From assembly GCA_043228905.1 (NCBI GenBank), contig JBHGNT010000131.1, positions 7,190 through 71,189 of the forward strand: a DNA stretch of 64,000 nt, read 5' to 3'. Source of the stretch: Azolla caroliniana. Taxonomy: Eukaryota > Plantae > Polypodiophyta. A program made the translations under genes and the position numbers. Under the pieces are notes generated by a model. The model made no database searches, was not told the DNA's origin, and was given only the letters and a program-made list of their open reading frames with translations. Of this stretch, positions 45,576-55,876 are shown piece by piece (within the stretch, counting starts at the first letter, position 1; every line of letters begins with the position of its first letter).

Positions 45576-48500
45576 TATCAAGAATCGTGACCGGCCACAA
45601 CCGGCTTATCGTTCAGATGTTCGGGTGTAGGGAACGTAAAGTAGAATGCACTTAGACAGAGTACGAAAACAAAAATAACACAAGAGATAGAAACACACGA
45701 TCTTATCGTGGAAACCCGAAATGGGAAAACCACGGGGGTCCACAAACATTGAGAAACATAATCACTATGCTAAGAGGAGTAGAAGCTCCGAAGCAACGAC
45801 CTCGAGATTCTACTTCTCAACAGACGGCTACACAGTTACACACTCTCTCACTCTCACTCGCTTACAGTTACGCAATTATAGAGGCAACGACCTTTTAAGT
45901 AACTCTTTAACAATAACTCATAATCACATTATGATTGCTCTAAGCACTTATACTAGTACACCTTTTGGGTTATTTACAAGTGTAGCCCACAAGGACATAT
46001 TTAGACTATTTACAAGTATAGTCTTCCGAGTTGGTTGTCTACACGATTTCGGATTCGGCCTCAGCCGAGTTTCTCATCAACTCGGCTATTATCTTCCCAT
46101 CTAGAGGGACCCGTTTCCTAACAAACTCCCCCTTCACTCCGGCATGGGGTACTGCACCAATCTGATCTTCCGTCGGCACACGCTCAGCTTTTTAGCTGGT
46201 AACACTTTAGTCAACATATCTGATCCCTTTTCGGTCGTGTGGACCTTCACTAGAGCGAACTCCCTTTCTTCTACCCTCTCCTAGAGCCAATGATACCTCC
46301 GTTGGATGTGTTTTGTCCTCGAGTGGTAGGCAACATTTTTTGCAAGGTGGATGGCAATCTGATTATTGCAATAGAATTGGAATTCTTCCTGCCAAATTCC
46401 CAGCTCATTGATAAACTCCTTCATCCATATGATTTCCTTGCCGGCTTTCACCGCGGCCATGTACTCGGCTTCCATGGTCGACAACACCATGACAACTCCC
46501 CCTGCATACGTCATTACGTATCCGGACGTGGATCGACTGGTATCTGCATCAACCGACATGTCTGAATCCGTGTAGCCTTCCAATGTGGGGTTACCTAAGC
46601 CAAAACGAAGACACATGCTTGAGGTGCCTATTAGGTACCAAAATATCCATTTCACGGCAGCCCAATGCTCTTTCCCGGGATTGCTCATATATCAGTTGAC
46701 CACTCTGACGGCGTATCCAATGTCCGTCCTGGTACACACCATTGCGTACATCAGGCTTCCAACCGCCAAGGCATAGGGGACTTTTGACATCTCGGCCTTT
46801 TCGGTTTTCGATTTCGGACATTGATCTTTACTCAACTTGCAGTTCGTCGGCAGTGTTGAGCCGACTGGTTTCGCGCCTTCCATGCCAAATCTCTGGAGCA
46901 CCTTTGTCACATATTTCTCCTGTGACTGCCATAACAATTTCTTTGTTCTGTCCCGAACAATGTGCATAGCTAGGATTTGCTTTGCCGGACCCATATCCTT
47001 CATCGAGAATGACCTATTGAAGGCTTTCTTCAGTGCTCGGATCTTCATATGGTCATGTCTGACAATTAGCATGTCGTCCACGTACAACAAAAGGATGAGG
47101 AAATCTCCTCCATCGAACTTCTTCAAAAATACGCAATGATCGGCCTGTGTTTTGTGGTACCCGTTTTTGGTGTTGAAGGAATCGAATTTTCGGTACCCTT
47201 GCCGTGGATCCTGCTTCAACTTGTACAGGCTCTTCCTCAACCGGCATACTAGGTTTTCTTTACCTTTCATTATGAATCCTTCAGGTTGCTGCATATATAT
47301 CTCCTCTTCAAGATCTCCATGCAGAAACGCCATCTTGACATCCAATTGTTCGACTTCGAGATCCATGTTGGCAGGAATGCTCAACACGGTTCGGATGGAT
47401 GTCATTTTCATTACCGGGGAAAATATTTCGTTGAAATCCACACCCTTCTTCTGTTGAAACCCTTTTACGACAATTCATGCTTTGTATCTGGGTGGATTTC
47501 GGCTATCTCCTGGTTCCAACTTGTATACCCACTTATTTCAGAGTGCATTCTTCCCCTTCGGCAAATTGGTTAGTTCATATGTGTGGTTTTCATGCAAGGA
47601 ATCCATCTCCTCTTGCATGGCACGTAACCACTCTCGGCTGTGGGTATCTTTCTTAGCTTCTTCGTAGCTTTCAGGCTCCCCCTCATCGGTTATCAGTACG
47701 CGTTCTTCATCCGGAAATCTTCGGGGGGCTCTTCGCTCTCTAAGGGGGTATCTTTGGCCTGTGTTTGGTATGGTTAGTTCGTCTTCAACCTCTTTGTCTG
47801 AGTCGATTTTGGTTCCTCGTTCGGCCGACTCCCCTTGCTCATTAGTCATTTCTCGATTTTGCTGAGTATTAGATAGATCGATTGGTATGGTGTCGTGAAG
47901 ATCTATCACTAGGCGCGGATTGTGAGGCAGAACTGCCGGGGGACCGGAAGGATTCGAAGTTTATGCTAGTTTTAGCGAGAAAGTATTTAAGATAGATTGA
48001 GAGAGATTGATATGGCAAGAAAGAGATACTTAAATAAAGATTTAACTCTTGATTTTAGATTTGAGAGGGAAGATACATCAACAATAGGGTTAGAAGTCTC
48101 TTATTTGATCATCCAAAAATTTTACATTAATTCTTTCATCTTTTTCCTCCCCTCTTTTATAGATGCCCTCATGCATTTGAGGGTACAAGACATGCATAAA
48201 ATGCATGTTTGCCATTTGGCGCTCATGTATAACATGTGGTGCATGTTAACCATGTCACTCATTTTAGCTCTCATGTATGAGAATTTACATGTAAAGTTAC
48301 AATGATAAAAATATAATTCCAAGAAAATGTGTTCTGTCGCCGGTTCGGTTTTGGTTGGCCAAAACCTTTGCAAGTAGCTAGGCCACACCCATTCATCCAA
48401 TAGCTTAGTTCAAGTCACCTTGAACTCTCTATGCTGCACACATAAACACAATGATAATAGCTTTTGCTCTTTCTTATATATGGTGAGATCCTTATTTATC

Positions 48501-51500
48501 CTGTCTATGTGGGATATCTCACAATTTTATTTTTCTCTTTGTTTGCAAACTTTCTACCCACATAAGTTGACACTTAGATGTCCGTTTCTTATGTAGTAAA
48601 GTGTATCCGAAAGCTCTTTAAGACCTCCATCTTTTTGTACTAAGATATTAAACTTACTTAAAATTAGTATCTTCACTATTATTGTTTTATATGAATCACA
48701 CTCGATTTCGTACGTTTTATGTGATTTTCACACCATTGCCGAAAATCTTCACGACAACGGGTTTGATTTCGATCGAATCGTCATCTACACGATCCAACCG
48801 AGCATCGACTCGGCTCGATTCGGTGGTTGGAGAATTTTTCTCATTCTCCCAATCAATCATTGTATTCTCTTCCATGAAGACAATGTCTCGGCTCCTAATC
48901 ATCTTCTTCTCGGCTAAGTCCCATAGCCGATAACCGAACTCATCATCGCCGTAACCGAGAAATATGCACGGCCGAGATTTCGAGTCTAATTTCCCCCTCT
49001 GGTCCTTTGCTAGATGCACAAAAGCAAGACAACAGAACACCCTCAAATGTCGGTACGACATGTCTTTGCTGCTCCACACTCGTTGTGGAATATCACCATC
49101 CAGGGTACTGAGGGTGATCGGTTTATCACATATGCTGTTGTTATTAGCGCCTCAACCCAAAACGTTTTCGGTAATTTTGCATGTGCAAGCATGCTTCAAA
49201 CTCTCTCCATTATGGTCCCATTCATTCTCTTGGCCAACCCATTCAGCTCTGGCATTTTTGGCACGGTATACTCAAGTTGGATTCATTCTTTTCGGCAATA
49301 TTCTTCGAACGGTTCACGGTACTCTCCGCCATTGTCCGCTCGGACTGCCTTCAACTTACGACCGGTTTCTCTCTTGACCCTCACTTGGAACTCTTTGAAG
49401 ACGGATAGCACTTGATCCTTCGTCTTTAGCATGAAAGCCCACAACTTCCGACTATAATCGTCTATAAAGGTCACGAAATATTGTGAACCACTATGCGACT
49501 TCGTCTCCACGTAGCATACATCCATATGCACGAGTTCCAGGGGTATCTTCTTCCTCATTGGGGGCCTTGTTTGGAAGGATGTTCGATTTTTCTTACCGGC
49601 CAAGCAATCCGTGCATTTCTCAAGTTGCACATTCTTCACCTTCGGAATGAGGTTCTCCTCAGCAAGCTTCTGCATCCCCTTTTGGCTCATGTGGCACAAC
49701 CTCATGTGCCATAGTTCATCGATTGTTTTGGCTGCCACATTCACTTCCCCACGACATAATCGAGCATTCATTACGTACAGTGTGTTGGTTTTCCGTGCTT
49801 GAGCCACGATTAGGCTCCCCTTGCAGAACCTCATGACACCATTCCGGATGCTACTCGTGTAGCTTTCATCATCCAGCCGACCGGCTGATATCAGGTTCAA
49901 TCGAACCTCCGGAATGTGTTGAACATCTCTCAGCACAAGTCTGCAGCCAGTTGAGGTCACCAAACACATGTTTCCAATGCCGACAATTCGACATGCTTCT
50001 TCATTTCCCATCTTTACGGATCCGAGATCATTGGCCCTGTACGATGAGAAGCATTTCCGGTCAGGGGTTAGGTGAAATGACGCACCCGAATCGACCACCC
50101 ATGTTGATTCATCGCCGACAAGGCTCACTTCGTTCTGCTCGCTAATGAGTAGCAACTCCTCCTCACTTGTCGCGATCGCCAAGGTGTTCCTGCTTTTCGA
50201 TTTTTTTTCGGTTGCACACCATCGGCTCCCCCTTTTCCTTTCAGAAATGTCGGCAATTCTTTTGAAAGTGCACCGGCTTCCCGCAATAGAAGCACGTGGG
50301 CCTTCTTCTCAACTTTGACCTCGTCCTCGATTTGTCCCTGTTTTGGGGACTCCGATACCGGCCTCTTCCCCGGTTGTGGTCATCTTCCGTAACCAAGGCC
50401 TTCGGATCGGTTCCGGACTCTCGGTCCTTTCAGTGAGCTTCTTCACCTAGCAGGCTTGATTTTACCCTTGCTGGGGACAACTACGTTTCTTCCGGCCCGG
50501 CGTTGCCCAACGTGACAACTAACGTCTCCCAACAATCCGGGAGGGAACCAAGTAGGAGCAATGCGAGTACCTAATCCACAAGAGGTACTTCCAACGAGAT
50601 GGCTTGGTGTATCAATCCCAGGAAGGCATTCATGTGCTCCGCCATACTGGAGCCGTCCTGGTACCGGAGCCTCACTAGCTTCCGGAATACCGAAACTTGA
50701 TTAACAACATTCTTGTTTTGTAACATGATGCCAATCTTCTCCCAGAGTTCATGAGCCTTGTTGTCTTCATTGAAATTGTTGTACAGGCTCATGTCAATGA
50801 AGCACTGGATATATGTCGTCGTCTTCATGTGCATCACATCCCACATTGTGGCGTCAATCTTATTCGGTCTCTTGTCCTTGAACTAAACCGGCAACGAAAG
50901 ATCTTTAACCACTAGCATATCCCTCATCTTTGACTTCCACACTGAGTAGTTGGATCCGGTGAGCTTGAACATGCCGCCGAACGATTCTTCCATTTCATGT
51001 GTTGTTCGCTCTGATACCACTTTGTCGAGAATCGTGACCGGCCACAACCGGTTTATCATTCAGATGTTCGGGTGTAGGGAACATAAAGTAGAATGCACTC
51101 AGGCAGAGTACGAAAACAGAAATAACACAAGAGATAGAAACACACGATCTTATCGTGAAAACCCGAAATGGGAAAACCACGGGGGTCCACAAACATTGAG
51201 AAACAGAATCACTATGCTAAGAGGAGGAGTACAAATAGAAGCTCTAAGGCAACGACGTCGAGATTTTACTTCGTCAACAGACGACTACATAATTACACAC
51301 TCTCTCACTCTCACTCGCTTATCGTTACACAGTTATAGAGGCAACAACCTTCTAAGTAGCTTTTTAACATTAACTCATAATCACATTATGATTTCCCTAA
51401 GTACTTATACTAGTACACCTTTTGGGTTATTTACAAGTGTAGCCCATAAGGACATATTTAGACTATTTAGAAGTATAGTCTTCTGAGTTGGCTGTCTACA

Positions 51501-51577
51501 CGATTTCGGATTCGGCCTCGACCGAGTTTCTCATCAACTCGGCTATTATCTTCCCATCCAGAGGGACCCGTTTCTTA
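45576..51577 (-). mobile_element. Decayed Ty1/copia element
   Basis: LTRs at 45576-46123 and 51023-~51577. iMet PBS complement gctctgatacca at 51008-51019. PPT complement after 46123. Fragmented gag/PR/IN/RT/RH ORFs are homologous to 2373-6446. Confidence 0.92.
47891..48756 (-). mobile_element. Solo-LTR-like insertion (866 bp) with 12-bp terminal inverted repeat and 4-bp TSD
   Basis: tgtcgtgaagat...atcttcacgaca, flanked by atgg and acgg. Removing it with one TSD restores the copia frame (EIKPVPIDL). Confidence 0.85.
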
Positions 51578-54500
51578 TCTTCCCATCTTCCCATTTAGGG
51601 TTTCCACATAAACATCGTGTGTCATCTAGTTGTTAGTTTGTTTTTTCCTTCCATTCGTTGTTTAAGACTCAATTGTGGCCAAGCGCTAATTTTCTGCACA
51701 AACTGGTATCAAAGCTAACAAGGGAATGGAAGAATCATTCGGTGGCATGTTCAAGCTCACTGGCTCCAACTACCCAGTTTGGAAGTCGAAGATGAGGGAC
51801 ATGCTCGTGGTAAAAGATCTCTGGCTGCCGGTACAGTTCGGGGACAAGAAACCCGACAAGATCGATGCCACGACATGGGAGGTGATGCACATGAAGACAA
51901 CGACGTATATTCGGTCCTTCATCAACATGAGCTTGTATAACAACTTTAATTAAGAAAGTAAAGCTCATGTGTTCTGGGAGAAAATCGGCACTATGCTGGA
52001 GAGTAAAAACATCGTAAATCGGGTTTTGGTATTCTGGAAGCTAGTGAGACTCCGGTACCAGGACGGATCTAGCATGGCAGAGCACATGAATGCATTTCAA
52101 GGGCTGATAAATCAAACAACTTTGTTTGAAGTACCTATGGCCAATGAGGTACTTGCATTGCTCTTGCTCGGTTCCCTCCCAGATAGTTAGGAGACGCTAG
52201 TTGTCACTTTGGGGAATGCCAAGTCGGAAGGAAAGCAGTTGTCCCTAGCAAGGGTAAAATCAAGCTTGCTAGATGAAGAACCTTGCCGGAAGGACTGGGA
52301 ATCTGGAACGGATCTGAAGGCCTTGGTCATGGAAGATGACCAAAACCGGGGAAGAGGCTGGTATCAAAGTCCCCAAAACTGGGACAAATCGGGGACGAGG
52401 TCGAAGTCAAGGGGAAGGCCCACTTGCTTTTACTGTGGGAAGCCGGGGCAATTCCATAAGAACTGTCAACATTTCCAGAAAGAGAAAGGGGCCAACACCA
52501 CCGATCTGAAGAAGAGTTCGGACCGGAGAGGTCCGGATCGGAAAGGAACGTCGGCGATCACGACAAGTGAAGAAGAACTGATGCTCATTGCTGAGGAGAA
52601 TGAGTTAAACCTTGTTGGCGACGAGACAACGTGGGTTGTCAATTCCGGAGCATCATTCCATCTAACATCGGACGGAAATGCTTCTCATCCTACACAGCCG
52701 GAGATCACGGTTGTGTCCGGATGCAGAATGAAGGGACCTGCCGAATCATCGGCATACGAGATGTGTTGTTGATGATATCAACCGGATGCAAATTGCGACA
52801 CATTCCGTAGGTTCAGTTGAACCTGATATCAGCCGGTCGGCTAGATGATGAAGGCTACATGGGTAGCATCTTGAACGGAATCATGAAATTCAGAAAAGGA
52901 AGCCTGATTGTGGCTCGAGCCTGGATGATTAACACGATGTATCTGATGCATGTCCGGATATGCCGGGAAGAAGTGAATGTAGCATCTGACACTACCAGTG
53001 AGCTGTGGCACAAGAGACTGTGTCATATGACCCAGAAGGGGATGAGAAGACCTGCCAAAGACAACCGCATTCCGAAGGTGAAAGACATGGATCTTGAGGA
53101 GTGCACCGATTTCTTGGCCGGAAAGCATAACTGAATCTCCTTCCGCTCAAGACCACCGATGAGACGGAATGCACCACTGGAGTTGGATACCCTCTCAGAG
53201 AGAGAAGAGCCCTCCGGAGATTTCCGGATGCAAAGCACGTATTGTTGACCAATGAGGGGGAGCCGGAAAGCTTCGAGGAACCTAAGAAAGACACCCACAA
53301 CCACAAGTGGTTGAGTACCATGCAGGACGAGATGGATTTCCTACATGAGAACCACACATACGAACTGACGGAGTTGCTGAAAGGAAAGAGGGCACTCCTG
53401 AACAAGTGGGTGTACAAGCTGAAATCGGGAGACGCTGGAAATCCACCAAGGTACAAAGCCTGGATCATGGTGAAGGGGTTCCAGCAGAAGAAAGGAGTTG
53501 ATTTCAACGAGATCTTCACCTCGGTAGTAAAGATGACATCCATCCGGACGGTATTGAGCAGAGTGGCAAGCATGGACCTCGAGGTAGAGCAACTGGACGT
53601 TAAGACGACATTCCTACATGGCGACCTCGAAGAAGAGATCTACATGCATCAACCAGAAGGATTTGAGAGGAAAGGGAAGGAGCACCTGGTATGCCGGCTA
53701 AAGAAGAGCCTATACGGATTGAAGCAAGCCCCCCAGCAATGGTACTGGAAGTTCAACTCCTTCATGACCAACCCAAGGTACCACAAGACACAAGCGGACC
53801 ACTGCGTGTTTGTGAAGAAATTTGACAGAGGCGACTTCTTGATACTCCTGATTTATGTGGACGACATGTTGATTGTCGGAAGAGACCAAAACAAGATCCG
53901 AATACTGAAGAAGGCTCTGAACCGAACCTTCTCAATGAAAGACTTGGGTTTGGCAAAACAGATATTAGGGATGCACATCATCTAGGACTTGCCGAAGAAG
54001 TTGTTGTGGTTGTCACAAGAGAAGTACGTGACAAAGGTGCTTCAATGGTTCAACATGTCGGAGAAGACGGATATGATGAAGATACCATATGCCTCCGTCG
54101 TCGGGAGCTTGATGTGCGCAATGGTGTGTACCTGGCCGGATGTCATGAAGACATACATCTTGGCTTATCATGACATTCATCTTGGCGAACCAGGAATCGA
54201 ACCCATAACCTCTTGGTTTACATATTGTACTTTAACCATTGTAATAACATATGTGAGATGTAATCATAATAATTATATGTTTAGTTATTACGAGATATTT
54301 AGAACATTCTAGATTATTCTAGAATGTTCTTGAATATTTCATGATTATATTTATTATTATTATTATTCATAAATATCTAAAATATTCTAGAACATTCTAG
54401 AATACTCCATAAGGGCCTATAAATAAGAGTCCATACACTCATCACAACTCATTCGGTTCAACACCAGTCTTTAGCCCTTAGCCTACTCCTTGTAATCTTC

Positions 54501-54774
54501 TTTCTCATAATATAATCGCATTCCCATTTCTTATCTCTCACTTATACTTTTCTCTCTCTCGCACTCTCTCCCTCTTTCACTCTCTTTCTATCACTATCGC
54601 TATCTCTACCGCTCTCGCCATCTCTATCGTTATCGTTATCTCTATCGCCATCGCTCTCTCTCTCTGCTTCCTACTCAAGAGTCACGACAGTTTGAACCGA
54701 ATATTTCTTTTCCCTTTCTCCAATAACTCTAGCAAGCTTTCTTCTTTATCCTTCTTTCTTTTTCCCCCGCGGTT

Positions 54775-55876
54775 ATGGAGTCGATCAGCAAGCAAGAGTA
54801 TATGCGTGTCCTTTCGGAGCTCGATATGCTCACCACTAAGTTTGTGGCATTAGAGCAAGAAAATCAAAGGCTACTCGGGGATCTTCAACAAGTCAGTACT
54901 GAGAAAGCTCATCAATATGAGGAGTTATCACAACGGGTTCATCAACTTGAGGCTACTATATTAACATTACGAGAACAAGCGGCGGGGGTTCAAAACTCCC
55001 CAAGGGAACCAAAGATTAGCCTCCCTGCCAAGTTTGATGGTACCAGATCTCTCTTTCGAGGTTTCCTGAATCAAGTTCATTTGGTGATTCAGTTACATCC
55101 CAATCGGTATCCAACTGATGCTGCCCGTGTGGGATTAATAGGAACCTTGCTAAGCGGTACAGCGTTAGCATGGTTTGCACCACTTCTTGAGAAGAAATCA
55201 CCATTACTGGAGGATTTCGAGGCATTCGTTAAGGAGTTTCAAGCTAGTTTTGGAGATACGGATAGCACTAGGACTGCAATAAACAAGATTCGAAGACTCC
55301 GACAAGGAGATCGTCCCGCTTCAGCTTATGCCGCAGATTTCCGTCTCTTGGCATGCGACATCCCTTGGGATGAGGCAGCCTTAATGGATCAATTCCGTCA
55401 GGGTTTGCGTAACGATGTCAAAGATCTTCTTCTTACTTAAAGCTATTAGCCGAGCTGTGCGATGTGATAATCGCCTATTTGAGCGACGTTCTGAACGTCA
55501 ACAAATGTTACGCCGCCAACCGGAACAGACATACGCTTCTATAGTCACCACACCGCCACAAGGTTCTAGACCCGTTACGAGGGATGGTCCCACTCCGATG
55601 GAAATAGAGTCGACACAACGTCGAGGGCCCTTATCAGATGCTGAGAAACAACGACGTCGGGTGCATCGCCTATGCCTCTACTGTGGTGGTCCAGGACATA
55701 TAGCTGTGAATTGTCCACATAAACCCAGGCGTCAAGTTTACCAAGTAAGTGCACATGACAACCCTACATCAAGTTCTACTATCACTTCTAATAACTTAAG
55801 TACTAAGCCTACTAGCCCATGCCATGAGAATAGATTTGATGTCTTGAGCCAATTAGAGGATGTGTTAAACGAATAA
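54775..55876 (+). pseudogene. Chromovirus gag, frameshifted by a ~26-bp deletion at ~55437
   Basis: ORFs 54775-55440 and 55415-55876, with coiled coil, PKISLPAKFDG and CLYCGGPGHIAVNC. The sister copy has FHEDPKSLTE at the junction. Confidence 0.9.

Noticed and set aside
50950-51486. 178-aa antisense ORF across a copia LTR
   Set aside because: The frame is not preserved in the partner LTR (45576-46123) and no domain is recognisable.
54183-54252. Functional tRNA gene
   Set aside because: The acceptor and anticodon stems do not pair and the 3' spacing is wrong. Kept only as a tRNA-like box module.
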